From assembly GCF_030384885.1 (NCBI RefSeq), contig NZ_CP128613.1: a stretch of DNA of 64,000 bases. One strand, given 5' to 3'. Position numbers and translations under genes: made by a program. Every line of letters begins with the position of its first letter. Position 1 is the first letter of the stretch. Under the pieces are notes generated by a model. It made no database searches. It worked only from the letters and a program-made list of their open reading frames with translations, and was not told where the DNA came from. This document shows, one piece after another, positions 10,838 through 22,066 of the stretch. This DNA comes from Escherichia coli (GTDB lineage Bacteria; Pseudomonadota; Gammaproteobacteria; Enterobacterales; Enterobacteriaceae).

Positions 10838-13333
10838 ATGTTAACGATTCAATTTCTCTGTCCTTTGCCAAACGGCCTGCATGCTCGTCCGGCGTGGGAA
10901 CTTAAAGAGCAGTGCAGCCAGTGGCAAAGCGAAATCATCTTCATTAACCATCGCCAGAACGTAAAGGCCGATGCCAAAAGTTCGCTGGCGCTGATTGGCA
11001 CCGGCACCTTATTTAATGACAGTTGCAGCCTGAACATTAGCGGCAGCGATGAAGAGCAGGCGCGGCGCGTGCTGGAAGAGTACATCCAGGTGCGCTTTAT
11101 CGACAGCGACAGCGTCCAGCCGACGCAGGCAGAACTGACGGCACATCCACTGCCGCGTTCATTAAGCCGCCTGAACCCTGATTTACTGTACGGCAATGTG
11201 CTGGCAAGCGGCGTCGGCGTGGGTACGTTGACCCTGCTACAGAGCAACAGCCTCGACAGTTATCGGGCAATCCCGGCTAGTGCGCAAGACTCCACCTGGC
11301 TGGAACACAGCCTGGCAACGCTTGCCGAGCAACTGAACCAGCAGTTGCGCGAGCGTGACGGCGAAAGCAAAACTATCCTCAGCGCCCATTTATCGCTGAT
11401 TCAGGATGATGAATTTGCAGGGAATATCCGTCGCCTGATGGCAGAACAGCATCAGGGGCTGGGGGCTGCGATCATCAGCAATATGGAGCAGGTTTGCGCC
11501 AAGCTTTCTGCCTCTGCCAGCGATTATCTGCGCGAGCGGGTCAGCGACATTCGTGATATCAGCGAACAATTGCTGCATATCACCTGGCCGGAACTGAAGC
11601 CGCGTAATAATCTGGTGCTCGAAAAACCGACCATTCTGGTGGCTGAAGATTTAACCCCTAGCCAGTTTTTGAGCCTCAATTTAAAAAATCTTGCGGGCAT
11701 GATTCTGGAGAAAACCGGGCGCACCTCGCATACTCTGATTCTGGCCCGCGCCTCGGCGATCCCCGTACTGAGCGGCCTGCCGCTGGATGCCATTGCTCGC
11801 TATGCCGGGCAACCGGCGGTGCTTGACGCCCAGTGCGGCGTGCTGGCTATTAATCCTGATGACGCGGTGGGTGGTTATTATCAGGTTGCGCAGACGCTGG
11901 CGGATAAACGCCAGAAACAACAGGCGCAGGCCGCCGCGCAGCTGGCCTATTCCCGTGATAACAAGCGCATTGATATCGCGGCGAATATTGGCACCGCTCT
12001 GGAAGCGCCTGGCGCGTTTGCCAACGGCGCGGAAGGTGTCGGGCTGTTTCGTACCGAAATGCTCTATATGGAGCGCGACAGTGCGCCGGACGAACAGGAA
12101 CAGTTTGAAGCATACCAACAGGTGCTACTGGCGGCGGGCGACAAGCCGATTATTTTCCGCACGATGGACATCGGCGGCGATAAAAGCATTCCTTACCTCA
12201 ACATTCCCCAGGAAGAGAACCCGTTCCTCGGCTATCGCGCGGTACGAATTTACCCGGAATTTGCTGGCCTGTTCCGCACTCAACTGCGGGCTATTTTGCG
12301 TGCCGCCAGTTTCGGCAACGCCCAGCTGATGATCCCGATGGTTCACAGCCTCGATCAGATCTTATGGGTGAAGGGCGAGATCCAAAAAGCGATCGTTGAG
12401 CTTAAACGCGATGGCCTGCGTCATGCAGAGTCGATTACGCTGGGTATCATGGTGGAAGTACCGTCGGTGTGCTACATCATCGACCACTTCTGCGATGAGG
12501 TCGATTTCTTCAGTATCGGTTCTAACGATATGACCCAGTATCTGTATGCGGTCGATCGTAATAACCCGCGCGTATCGCCGCTGTATAACCCGATTACGCC
12601 ATCGTTCCTGCGCATGTTGCAGCAGATTGTTACCACTGCGCATCAGCGCGGCAAATGGGTAGGTATTTGCGGTGAACTGGGCGGTGAAAGTCGTTATCTG
12701 CCGCTACTGCTTGGACTGGGCCTGGATGAGCTGAGTATGAGTAGCCCGCGTATTCCGGCGGTGAAAAGCCAGCTTCGTCAACTGGATAGCGAGGCGTGTC
12801 GGGAACTGGCGCGTCAGGCATGTGAATGCCGCAGTGCGCAGGAAATTGAAGCGTTACTCACCGCCTTTACGCCGGAAGAAGACGTTCGCCCACTGCTGGC
12901 GCTGGAGAATATCTTTGTTGATCAGGCCTTTAGCAATAAAGAGCAGGCGATCCAGTTCCTGTGCGGCAACCTTGGCGTTAACGGGCGTACTGAACATCCG
13001 TTTGAGCTGGAAGAAGATGTCTGGCAGCGGGAAGAGATTGTCACTACTGGCGTTGGTTTTGGCGTGGCGATCCCGCACACCAAATCTCAGTGGATCCGTC
13101 ATTCCAGTATCAGCATTGCCCGGCTGGTGAAACCGGTTGACTGGCAGTCAGAAATGGGCGAAGTCGAACTGGTGATCATGCTGACGCTGGGCGCTAACGA
13201 AGGGATGAACCATGTGAAAGTCTTCTCGCAGCTGGCGCGCAAACTGGTGAATAAAAACTTCCGCCAGTCGTTGTTTGCCGCGCAAGATGCACAAAGCATC
13301 CTGACGCTGCTGGAAACGGAATTAACCTTCTGA
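10838..13333 (+). CDS. fryA: Multiphosphoryl-transfer PTS protein (HPr-EI-EIIA fusion)
   Basis: 831-aa ORF; translation contains an HPr-like N-terminus (LPNGLHARPA) and an Enzyme I-like core. Confidence 0.85.
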   Translation: MLTIQFLCPLPNGLHARPAWELKEQCSQWQSEIIFINHRQNVKADAKSSLALIGTGTLFNDSCSLNISGSDEEQARRVLEEYIQVRFIDSDSVQPTQAELTAHPLPRSLSRLNPDLLYGNVLASGVGVGTLTLLQSNSLDSYRAIPASAQDSTWLEHSLATLAEQLNQQLRERDGESKTILSAHLSLIQDDEFAGNIRRLMAEQHQGLGAAIISNMEQVCAKLSASASDYLRERVSDIRDISEQLLHITWPELKPRNNLVLEKPTILVAEDLTPSQFLSLNLKNLAGMILEKTGRTSHTLILARASAIPVLSGLPLDAIARYAGQPAVLDAQCGVLAINPDDAVGGYYQVAQTLADKRQKQQAQAAAQLAYSRDNKRIDIAANIGTALEAPGAFANGAEGVGLFRTEMLYMERDSAPDEQEQFEAYQQVLLAAGDKPIIFRTMDIGGDKSIPYLNIPQEENPFLGYRAVRIYPEFAGLFRTQLRAILRAASFGNAQLMIPMVHSLDQILWVKGEIQKAIVELKRDGLRHAESITLGIMVEVPSVCYIIDHFCDEVDFFSIGSNDMTQYLYAVDRNNPRVSPLYNPITPSFLRMLQQIVTTAHQRGKWVGICGELGGESRYLPLLLGLGLDELSMSSPRIPAVKSQLRQLDSEACRELARQACECRSAQEIEALLTAFTPEEDVRPLLALENIFVDQAFSNKEQAIQFLCGNLGVNGRTEHPFELEEDVWQREEIVTTGVGFGVAIPHTKSQWIRHSSISIARLVKPVDWQSEMGEVELVIMLTLGANEGMNHVKVFSQLARKLVNKNFRQSLFAAQDAQSILTLLETELTF

Positions 13334-13335
13334 CG

Positions 13336-14193
13336 TTAGCCCTGAAAACGGGCGCTGTACTCTCCCGGCGTCAGGCCAAACTGACGCCGGAAGACGCGAC
13401 AAAAATAGTCGCTGTCCGGAAAGCCGCAACGCTGCGCCACTTCATGAATCGACAGATGATATTTCTGCAAAATCATCCTCGCCTTCGCCATTCGCACCCA
13501 ACGCACATATTCGATAAAACGCATTGTTCCATGCTGCGCAAACAGTTTTGACAGATGATTGGGCGTGATATTAAAAAACTGCGCCACGTTCTCACGGGTG
13601 AGCGGCTGGGCATAATTATCCTGAACCCAGTTACAAATGCTGTGATAGAGAAAATCGCCGCGCGGCTGCGAATTACCCGGCGGCATATTCACCACGTTGC
13701 GGCAAAGATGCAGCAAACTTAACACCAGCGGCTGAATGATATTCTGCTCCAGCGGCGAACGGCTAAGATGGGTGAGGGCAGTAAGCATTGCTTCACCTTC
13801 GCCGCGTTGCAGGCTGGGAAGTTGGATCTGGCGAACCGGATGCAACAACGACGTGGTGCGGCTATCGTAATACGATAAACCAAGCCAGGTCGGCGCGAAC
13901 ACCAGACTTAACAGCATTACCGGTTTGTTGTTGACCGGTAAATTAGCCGCGCGCGCTGGAATAAACAGCATTTCTCCTTCCACCATACGTTGTTGCTTTG
14001 CTTCCAGCTGATTGCCGTATTCGCCGCGTAGCACGATATCCAGACGGGGAAAATCAATACATAAACTGCCCACTGGCAATGAGGCGGGCTGGCTGGCAAA
14101 CCAGACGCGCCCAAGGAGTTGCGGGTTAAGCACCAGGCCGCTGAACAGATCGGCGAAAAATTGTTGATCGGCGGGCAAGCCTGTTGCTTTCAT
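13336..14193 (-). CDS. ypdC: AraC-family transcriptional regulator
   Basis: 285-aa ORF; C-terminal AraC helix-turn-helix signature (LTPGEYSARFQG-type tail). Confidence 0.8.
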   Translation of the reverse strand: MKATGLPADQQFFADLFSGLVLNPQLLGRVWFASQPASLPVGSLCIDFPRLDIVLRGEYGNQLEAKQQRMVEGEMLFIPARAANLPVNNKPVMLLSLVFAPTWLGLSYYDSRTTSLLHPVRQIQLPSLQRGEGEAMLTALTHLSRSPLEQNIIQPLVLSLLHLCRNVVNMPPGNSQPRGDFLYHSICNWVQDNYAQPLTRENVAQFFNITPNHLSKLFAQHGTMRFIEYVRWVRMAKARMILQKYHLSIHEVAQRCGFPDSDYFCRVFRRQFGLTPGEYSARFQG

Positions 14194-14204
14194 GAAAATC
14201 CCGA

Positions 14205-14957
14205 TTACAGATGCATTAACTGCCTGAATTCTTTTACTTTGCTACGGCTGACCGGCACTTCAAAATCCAGATCTTTCAGTCGCAGAATGTAGGTGTTATT
14301 AAACCACGGTTCGATTTCGCGGATTTTGTTCAGATTGACACAAAATGAGCGATGGCAGCGGAAAAAATGCGACGGCGGCAGCTTGCTGCAAAACTCGGTA
14401 ATGTTCATCGGCATTACGTAGGATTCACGCCGCGTATAGACAAAGGTCATTTTCTCGTGCGCTTCGGCGTAATAGATATCGTTAATTGGCGTGACGATGA
14501 TTCGCTCATCTTTCACCAGATTAATGGTGTCATTCTCACGCGTTACCGTCGCGGCAGGCGTACTGCTGGTCTGCTGTTGTTGCCAGGCTGCTTCCAGTTT
14601 TTGCAGCATCCCGGTAATGCGTGATTCCTGATACGGTTTGAGAATGTAGTCAAACGCTTCCAGTTCAAACGCTTCTACCGCATGTTCTTTCCACGCGGTG
14701 ATGAACACAATAAACGGTTTATGGGCGAACTGGCTGATGTTTTGCGCCAGCAACACACCATCCAGCGACGGAATATTGATATCCAGAAAAATGGCGTCGA
14801 CGCGGTTATGCTGCAAAAACTTCAACACGTCCAGACCGTCGTCAAAGGTGCCGACAATCTCCATCTGGCTGTGCTCTTTAATTAGCCAGCTCAGTTCCTG
14901 TTGTGCCAGGAATTCGTCTTCAACAATGATGACTTTCACAATATCACTCCGGCTCAA
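14205..14957 (-). CDS. ypdB: LytTR-family two-component response regulator
   Basis: N-terminal receiver domain ([15 protein letters not shown]...[10 protein letters not shown]) and C-terminal LytTR domain. Start overlaps the ypdA stop; the true start may be the GTG six codons downstream. Confidence 0.85.
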
Positions 14958-16651
14958 AGCAATAACGTAGCCTGTGAGGCGACAGGGGTGCGTTGGTTAG
15001 GAATGTAAAACGCAATTTCCGTTCCTGGTTCCAGGCGGCGGATATGCAGCCCCTCGCCATACAATAACTTCACGCGATGATGGACATTCAGCAGGCCAAT
15101 TTTATTGCCCGGCATTTCGTTCGCTTCGACCCGCTCAATGACTTTTGGATCGATGCCGTGCCCGGTATCTCGCACCGCAATGCGTACCCGATTACCGCAC
15201 TCTGCAACGCTGATGGTGACAACGCCTTTACCTTTGCAAGGCTGAATACCGTGGACAATGGCGTTCTCCACTAAAGGCTGGATCAGCAGGCTGGGAATGC
15301 AGCAATTCACCTCTTCATCAATATCATAGATAACCGTCAGCTTGTCGCCAAAGCGGGCCTGCTCAATGGCAATATAGTCTTTAATTTGATACAGCTCTTT
15401 TTTGATATCGATTTGCTCATCGTCTTTTAATTCAATGTTATAGCGCAGATAACGCGACAGATTAAAGATCAGCTGGCGAGCGGTATCCGGATTCAGACGG
15501 ATCGACGATGAGATAGCATTCAGAGCATTAAACAGGAAATGGGGATTAATTTTGCTTTGCAGAGCGCGAAGCTCTGCCTTATTTGCCATTTCACGTAGTT
15601 GCTCGGCGCGTGAAACCTCCAGTTGGGTGGAGATGATTTGCGACAGACCGACCGCCATTTCCTGTAATGACGAGGTGATCTGATGTGCGTGGCAGTAGTA
15701 AATTTTCAGCGTCCCGGTCACGACCCCTTTCTCCCAAAGCGGGATCACCAGCATCGAGTGGATTTCCGGTGTACGGTGGGCTTCATCATTGTTTTTAATA
15801 ATGATTTTTCCGTAATTCATTGCCTGACGCGTTGTTGGGCTGATGAAATCATCGCCATTCTGATAGTTGTGTTCACCTACGCCAACATAGGCCAGCACAT
15901 GATCGGTGTTGGTAATCGCTACCGCATCGGCGTGAATATCATCGCGGATAATTTCACAAACTTTGCGTAATGACTCGCTATTGACATGGCGAAACAGCGG
16001 CAGCGTTTTGTTGGCGATATCCAGCGCCAGCTTGGCCTGCCGCGCGGCGCTGGCCTCTTTTTCGCCCTCAACGCTTTGTACCAGCAACACAATAAAGCCG
16101 ATACAAACGCTGCCGAGGATCATCGGAATCCCGATTTTGGAGACGATATCAATCCCCAGTGCAGTGGTGGGTGCCCAGACAATCACCAGGATCATCGTCA
16201 ACGTTTCACATAACATGCCACCGAGAATACCGACGCGCCAGCGCTGTGCTTTGGGGATTTTCAGGTTGATCCAGCCTGATATGCAACCCGCGAGAATACT
16301 GGTGATAAAGCACGGAATTGCCGTCACGCCGCCGATGTCGATTAAATAACGGTGAATACCCGCAATCACACCGGTAATGATGCCTACCCACGGGCCAAAT
16401 AGAATTCCGCCTGACATCACCGCGATAATACGCACATTAACCAGCGAGCCTTCTACGGGCACGCCGGACCAGGTGCTGAACAGGGCGAACAGCGAGAAAA
16501 TGGCGGTAACGGCGAGCAGCTCTTTTGGGGAGTGCGCCGACTTGTGCAACAGTTCGCGAAACAGGCGGATACGGATGAGAAAGAACAGGCAGATAAGCAT
16601 TAACGCTGCCCGATCGAAGACCGCCAGCAGCATGTTGAATATTTCGTGCAC
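14954..16651 (-). CDS. ypdA: Two-component sensor histidine kinase (LytS/5TM-GAF type)
   Basis: 565-aa ORF with N-terminal multi-TM region and C-terminal histidine kinase/ATPase motifs ([16 protein letters not shown]). Confidence 0.85.
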
Positions 16652-17027
16652 GGGTGACTCTGAATAAGGATTAAACCTCTATGATAGGTAACCTGAAGGC
16701 CGATGACCAGCAGGCCGTTTTTGAGGAAAGACCACAATTTTAAAAGGGGATTGAAAGTTAAATGGTGTATTAGCAATGCATCTCTTAATAATGCATATCT
16801 GTTTGGTAAATTTATTGAAATTATAATGTTAATAAATTGAGTGGTAATTTTCTTGTTAGCGTAGATAAATTTCCTGTTTTTAAAGCGGAGTTCCTCATTT
16901 AAGGCTATTAACAAAAATGTTCTAAAACGCTGGACAGACAGAAATTAATCAGGCTATTTTCAAAACAGCCACCATCGTGGCAGCGTCGCTCGGACGGTCC
17001 GGGCGCTCACGTTAATCTGAGGAAATT

Positions 17028-18266
17028 ATGGCTGACACTCGCCCTGAACGTCGCTTTACGCGTATTGATCGTCTCCCACCCTACGTTTTTAACATTACCG
17101 CTGAACTGAAAATGGCTGCGCGTCGGCGCGGCGAAGATATTATCGATTTCAGTATGGGTAACCCGGACGGTGCGACCCCGCCGCATATCGTCGAAAAATT
17201 ATGTACGGTGGCCCAGCGACCGGACACGCATGGTTATTCCACCTCGCGTGGTATTCCGCGGTTACGTCGCGCCATTTCCCGCTGGTATCAGGATCGCTAC
17301 GACGTCGAGATCGACCCGGAATCAGAGGCTATCGTCACCATTGGCTCGAAAGAGGGGCTGGCGCATCTGATGCTGGCGACGCTGGATCACGGTGACACTG
17401 TACTGGTGCCTAATCCAAGCTACCCGATTCATATTTACGGCGCGGTGATTGCCGGGGCGCAGGTACGCTCAGTGCCGCTGGTGGACGGTGTCGATTTCTT
17501 CAACGAACTGGAACGCGCCATTCGCGAAAGTTATCCGAAACCGAAGATGATGATCCTCGGCTTCCCGTCGAACCCAACCGCGCAATGCGTGGAACTGGAA
17601 TTCTTTGAGAAGGTTGTGGCGCTGGCGAAACGCTACGATGTGCTGGTGGTCCATGACCTGGCCTATGCCGATATCGTCTACGATGGCTGGAAAGCGCCGT
17701 CAATTATGCAGGTGCCGGGTGCACGAGACGTGGCGGTCGAGTTCTTTACGCTGTCGAAAAGCTACAACATGGCGGGCTGGCGTATCGGCTTTATGGTCGG
17801 TAACAAAACGCTGGTCAGTGCGTTGGCACGTATTAAAAGCTATCACGATTACGGTACTTTTACGCCGTTGCAGGTGGCGGCGATTGCGGCACTGGAGGGC
17901 GATCAACAGTGCGTGCGCGATATTGCCGAACAGTACAAACGCCGCCGCGATGTACTGGTTAAAGGGCTGCATGAAGCAGGCTGGATGGTCGAAATGCCGA
18001 AGGCTTCGATGTATGTCTGGGCGAAAATCCCGGAACCATATGCGGCCATGGGCTCACTGGAATTTGCCAAGAAACTGCTTAACGAAGCGAAGGTCTGTGT
18101 CTCTCCAGGGATTGGCTTTGGCGACTACGGCGACACCCATGTCCGCTTTGCGCTGATTGAAAACCGCGACCGTATACGCCAGGCGATTCGTGGAATTAAA
18201 GCGATGTTCCGTGCCGACGGTTTACTACCCGCCAGCAGCAAACATATTCACGAAAACGCGGAATAA
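17028..18266 (+). CDS. alaC: PLP-dependent aminotransferase (glutamate-pyruvate aminotransferase AlaC)
   Basis: 412-aa ORF with class I aminotransferase motifs including the lysine region [12 protein letters not shown]. Confidence 0.85.
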   Translation: MADTRPERRFTRIDRLPPYVFNITAELKMAARRRGEDIIDFSMGNPDGATPPHIVEKLCTVAQRPDTHGYSTSRGIPRLRRAISRWYQDRYDVEIDPESEAIVTIGSKEGLAHLMLATLDHGDTVLVPNPSYPIHIYGAVIAGAQVRSVPLVDGVDFFNELERAIRESYPKPKMMILGFPSNPTAQCVELEFFEKVVALAKRYDVLVVHDLAYADIVYDGWKAPSIMQVPGARDVAVEFFTLSKSYNMAGWRIGFMVGNKTLVSALARIKSYHDYGTFTPLQVAAIAALEGDQQCVRDIAEQYKRRRDVLVKGLHEAGWMVEMPKASMYVWAKIPEPYAAMGSLEFAKKLLNEAKVCVSPGIGFGDYGDTHVRFALIENRDRIRQAIRGIKAMFRADGLLPASSKHIHENAE

Positions 18267-18288
18267 ACACCATCGCCAGAAATGCAAA

Positions 18289-18314
18289 CAGGAGCCAGAT
18301 GGCTCCTGTTTTTC
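18289..18314 (+). terminator. Intrinsic terminator downstream of alaC
   Basis: caggagccagatggctcctg followed by ttttt. Confidence 0.7.
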
Positions 18315-18339
18315 ATTGCACAGTTTGCTTTTAGATCAT

Positions 18340-18411
18340 CAGGGCAAAAGTACCGGCCCAAACGATGACCATAAAAGAAATGCCCATAAAGAAATATTTC
18401 ACTTTACATCT
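18340..18411 (-). CDS. ypdK: Small membrane protein (23 aa, GTG start)
   Basis: Minus-strand reading VKYFFMGISFMVIVWAGTFALMI then stop; too short to appear in the ORF track; position between alaC and lpxP. Confidence 0.5.
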
Positions 18412-18756
18412 CTCCGCGTAATTACTGTTACGCCTGAATGACTTCATTACACCTGATACAGTGAGTTGACACCGGGCAAAACGACATTGAAAGTCCATAT
18501 TTTACCGTGGGCATCACCCCAGAATTCTGAGCTAAACTGCTCGAGACGGCGCTAATGTACGCCTAAAACTGAAACGAGACAAGAGGCATTTTCTTATTTA
18601 CTTTTAGTAACTTACAGGTGTCTCATATCGGCGACAGTTTAATTTCTGACGGTAATAATTAGAGATTCAGCGAAGGAAAAAACCTTAAGAAAAAAGCCAT
18701 AAAAACCATGAGGTTATTATGGCTGATTTGAGGAGGGAAAGAGTAAGAGCAGTTTG

Positions 18757-19677
18757 TTAAATGTATAACGACGATTCTCCCACCGGGCGCGTTTTAAAGC
18801 GACGGTGGATCCAGAGGTACTGCTCCGGTGCGCGCATAATCTCTTTCTCGATAATCTTGTTCATATAGGCAGCGGCTTGATTTTCATCTGCCGGGTAGCC
18901 TTCCATTTCAGGGGTGATGAACAACCGATATCCGCTGTAATCCGTTTTTCTGACCATCGTTACGGTCAACATGGCTGCGCCAGAGAGACGAGAGAGGACA
19001 TAGGTGCCATTGGTTGTAGCAACATTTTCTACCGCAAAGAACGGTGCGAAGGAGCTACCTTTACGACCATAATCCTGATCGGGAGCAAACCATACGGCTT
19101 CACCTTTCTTCAGCGCACCGACAATACCGCGCAGATTATTTCTGCCGATCATCGCTTTGTTAGAGCGCATGCGACCACGGGTCTGCACCCATTCCATCAG
19201 CTGATTATTATGCGGACGATAGGTGGCCATCATTGGCTGACATAGTCCCATCACGCGGCCGCCCAATTCCAGCGACATAAAATGGACGCCGACAACCATC
19301 ACGCCACGATTCTGCAGTTGTGCGCGTTTGAGGTTATCCAGCCCTTCAACATCAAACCATTTACGTACGCGACTGTCGGGCCAGAACCATGCCATGCCGG
19401 TTTCTACCAGCGCCATGCCGAGTGAACGAAAGTTTTCGGCAATCATCTTCTCGCGCTCTTCAGCAGAATGCTGTGGGAAACAAAGTTCCAGGTTCTTACG
19501 GGCGATAGATTCACGACGTTTCAGGAATGGTCGCGCCATCGTGCCGATACGCGTGCCGAGAAAACAGAGAACAGGGTAAGGAAGCTGTACCCAAAGCCAG
19601 AGTACACCAAGCCCAAACCATGTGAGCCAGTAGCGAGGATGTAGAAACTCGCGGGAAAATTTGCATTTTGGAAACAT
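18757..19677 (-). CDS. lpxP: Lipid A biosynthesis palmitoleoyl acyltransferase (cold-induced)
   Basis: Translation from the internal Met MFPKCKFSREFLHPRYWLTWFGLG (306 aa) matches LpxP; the ORF-track start is 22 codons further upstream. Confidence 0.88.
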   Translation of the reverse strand: MFPKCKFSREFLHPRYWLTWFGLGVLWLWVQLPYPVLCFLGTRIGTMARPFLKRRESIARKNLELCFPQHSAEEREKMIAENFRSLGMALVETGMAWFWPDSRVRKWFDVEGLDNLKRAQLQNRGVMVVGVHFMSLELGGRVMGLCQPMMATYRPHNNQLMEWVQTRGRMRSNKAMIGRNNLRGIVGALKKGEAVWFAPDQDYGRKGSSFAPFFAVENVATTNGTYVLSRLSGAAMLTVTMVRKTDYSGYRLFITPEMEGYPADENQAAAYMNKIIEKEIMRAPEQYLWIHRRFKTRPVGESSLYI

Positions 19678-20030
19678 AGTTACCTTCTGTAGATACGAAT
19701 TGTTGTATCGCAGAAGATTCCATGTCGACAGCGGTACACTCAATTGATTGGGCCATCATGTACGACAATGGTTCCTGTAAAGAGTGTAAAGACTAGTCAG
19801 GACATAACCACGAGGAGCATGAATGCGGTGCTTTTACTTTATCACTGGCTGACTGCTTTCAGCTACTGATTATTTATCGTGCAAAGTAAATATTTTTTTC
19901 GCACATTACAGTCTTGCATTTAACGTGCTGTTTTCATTAATACTTAGCAAAAATTGCCAGAGGTTAAGGATTGTCTTACTATTAAAGTGACTGAAGTTAC
20001 AGGTTTTTTAGCGCGGCAGGAGGTTGAGCT

Positions 20031-20273
20031 ATGATTTATTTATGGATGTTTCTCGCCCTGTGTATTGTCTGCGTAAGCGGATACATCGGTCAGGTACTGA
20101 ACGTGGTCTCGGCGGTCTCTTCTTTCTTCGGCATGGTGATCCTCGCTGCACTCATTTACTACTTCACCATGTGGTTAACTGGCGGTAATGAACTAGTGAC
20201 GGGGATATTTATGTTTCTTGCCCCGGCTTGTGGCTTGATGATTCGCTTTATGGTGGGGTATGGCAGGCGGTAG
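20031..20273 (+). CDS. yfdY: Small inner-membrane protein
   Basis: 80-aa hydrophobic ORF MIYLWMFLALCIVCVSGYIGQ. Confidence 0.7.
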   Translation: MIYLWMFLALCIVCVSGYIGQVLNVVSAVSSFFGMVILAALIYYFTMWLTGGNELVTGIFMFLAPACGLMIRFMVGYGRR

Positions 20274-20349
20274 TAGTTCAGGATGGATCATTTGGGCAGG
20301 TGCTCACATCATCAACAGATATGATTGTTCACCTGCCATGTGACAGACG

Positions 20350-20625
20350 CTATCGCACAGGATGAATAAGATAATTCGCCTTTGTCGGAAAAGGGGGCGT
20401 GATGTCTTCTGTGAGATTTAATGGTGGCGCATCTTCTCTCATCTTAAACAAAATCGCCTGTGATGGTTGAAGTTTTGTAGAATGAGTTGTCGTCATCACT
20501 GACGTTTTTTCTGTCTCTTTATAGCTCGTCTCACTTCCACCACCAGAAATGGAAAATGCAAAAACATTGCATGCCATAATAGAGACCAATAAAAATAAGC
20601 TAAAAAGCATTAAGTTTACTTTCAT
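20350..20625 (-). CDS. ypdI: Small predicted lipoprotein / secreted protein
   Basis: 91-aa ORF with signal peptide and a cysteine in lipobox-like context (LLVSIMACN). Confidence 0.65.
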   Translation of the reverse strand: MKVNLMLFSLFLLVSIMACNVFAFSISGGGSETSYKETEKTSVMTTTHSTKLQPSQAILFKMREDAPPLNLTEDITPPFPTKANYLIHPVR

Positions 20626-20767
20626 AGAAAGTTATCCTGAGAATGGCTCACTGAGAACCTACGATGTTATGGCTGTATTTACATTTAATTAATCAGTATT
20701 TACATCGATATAATAAATGACATCTCTTTGTGGTATATAAGAATAGTTCTCTGCGACAGGAAGCATA

Positions 20768-20785
20768 TTCCTACAATTGTAAGAC
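20768..20785. promoter_or_regulatory. EvgA box (18-bp inverted repeat) upstream of yfdX
   Basis: ttcctacaattgtaagac matches the TTCYTACA-N2-TGTARGAA EvgA motif. Confidence 0.65.
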
Positions 20786-20807
20786 TAAAATACTTCTTGC
20801 GATAATA

Positions 20808-20823
20808 ACTACAACTGTAAGAT
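20808..20823. promoter_or_regulatory. Second, weaker EvgA box-like site upstream of yfdX
   Basis: actacaactgtaagat shares the CTACA-N-TGTAAGA core. Confidence 0.4.
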
Positions 20824-20920
20824 AACCCTTTCAAAATGACCGTTGCTCTCTGATTTCTCATTTCATGCTCACCCAATATGATGGCGGCGTTTTCTAAAAC
20901 TGTTAAAGAATGAGGTAAGT

Positions 20921-21553
20921 ATGAAACGTTTAATTATGGCTACGATGGTCACAGCGATTTTGGCATCATCAACTGTATGGGCTGCTGATAATGCACCGGT
21001 AGCAGCACAACAGCAAACTCAGCAAGTTCAGCAAACCCAGAAAACTGTAGCAGCAGAGCGTATCTCTGAACAGGGTTTATATGCGATGCGTGACGTGCAG
21101 GTAGCGCGCCTGGCTCTGTTTCATGGCGATCCGGAAAAGGCAAAAGAACTGACCAATGAAGCTTCAGCTTTGCTGTCAGATGACAGTACTGAATGGGCAA
21201 AGTTCGCTAAGCCAGGTAAAAAGACCAATATCAATGATGACCAATATATTGTCATTAATGCATCTGTCGGAATTTCTGAGAGTTATGTAGCGACACCAGA
21301 AAAAGAAGCAGCGATAAAAATTGCGAATGAAAAAATGGCGAAAGGAGATAAAAAGGGCGCAATGGAAGAGCTTCGCCTGGCCGGTGTTGGCGTAATGGAA
21401 AACCAATATCTGATGCCGCTTAAACAGACTCGTAATGCACTTGCTGATGCGCAGAAACTGCTTGATAAAAAGCAATACTACGAGGCAAACCTGGCGCTTA
21501 AAGGTGCGGAAGATGGAATCATCGTCGATAGCGAAGCACTGTTTGTGAACTAA
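20921..21553 (+). CDS. yfdX: Periplasmic YfdX-family protein (EvgA-regulated)
   Basis: 210-aa ORF with signal peptide [21 protein letters not shown]. Confidence 0.85.
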   Translation: MKRLIMATMVTAILASSTVWAADNAPVAAQQQTQQVQQTQKTVAAERISEQGLYAMRDVQVARLALFHGDPEKAKELTNEASALLSDDSTEWAKFAKPGKKTNINDDQYIVINASVGISESYVATPEKEAAIKIANEKMAKGDKKGAMEELRLAGVGVMENQYLMPLKQTRNALADAQKLLDKKQYYEANLALKGAEDGIIVDSEALFVN

Positions 21554-21611
21554 TGCTGACAGGCAGCATATTGAAGTAAAAGATTTTACTCCCTCCAGGC
21601 GACAATTTTTT

Positions 21612-21640
21612 ATGACCACAATACGACCGATTGTGGTCAT
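21612..21640. terminator. Perfect 11-bp inverted-repeat hairpin downstream of yfdX, likely a terminator
   Basis: atgaccacaat acgaccg attgtggtcat flanked by T/A runs on both strands. Confidence 0.55.
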
Positions 21641-21797
21641 AAAATTATTTGGCGCTCGCGGTTCTATAAACACGCATTTTCTATTCCTCAAAGTAAACAT
21701 TAATAATCCCGTGTCATCACGAAATCATTGTTTATGTTATGTTTTATGGTACGATTTAAAAATCGTAATCATTTCCCTAACTGTAAATCACAATCGC

Positions 21798-21815
21798 TTC
21801 TTACAGTTGTAAGAA
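21798..21815. promoter_or_regulatory. EvgA box upstream of frc
   Basis: ttcttacagttgtaagaa is a perfect palindrome matching the EvgA motif, about 250 bp upstream of frc. Confidence 0.7.
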
Positions 21816-22066
21816 TAACATCACAAATGTCGCGGCTCTCTCTGATTACCGCAAACCAATATTTATCATATTCTTCTTTTCGTCCTCACTACTTACCATG
21901 CAAAAAGGAATTGGAAGTGGCGATGAAATGATTTCCAGCACTTGATACAGGAATTTAAAAATATCGAGTGCAGCTACGACGATATTTTGCGGATTATTTA
22001 TAGAGGGCGTTATGCCTTAAATAAACGCTAAATTAACATATATTTAATTAACTAATAGGTATTGCT

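Noticed and set aside
11681-12329. ORFs of 145 and 180 aa overlapping fryA in other frames
   Set aside because: Arg-rich translations characteristic of out-of-frame reading of a GC-rich gene; fryA explains the region.
16652-17027. Possible small RNA or regulatory element in the AT-rich ypdA-alaC intergenic region
   Set aside because: AT-rich with promoter-like character but no convincing hairpin-terminator pair or conserved motif that I could recognise; insufficient evidence for a call.
17605-18156. 183-aa plus-strand ORF in an alternative frame of alaC
   Set aside because: Cys/Arg/Trp-rich nonsense frame within the aminotransferase gene.
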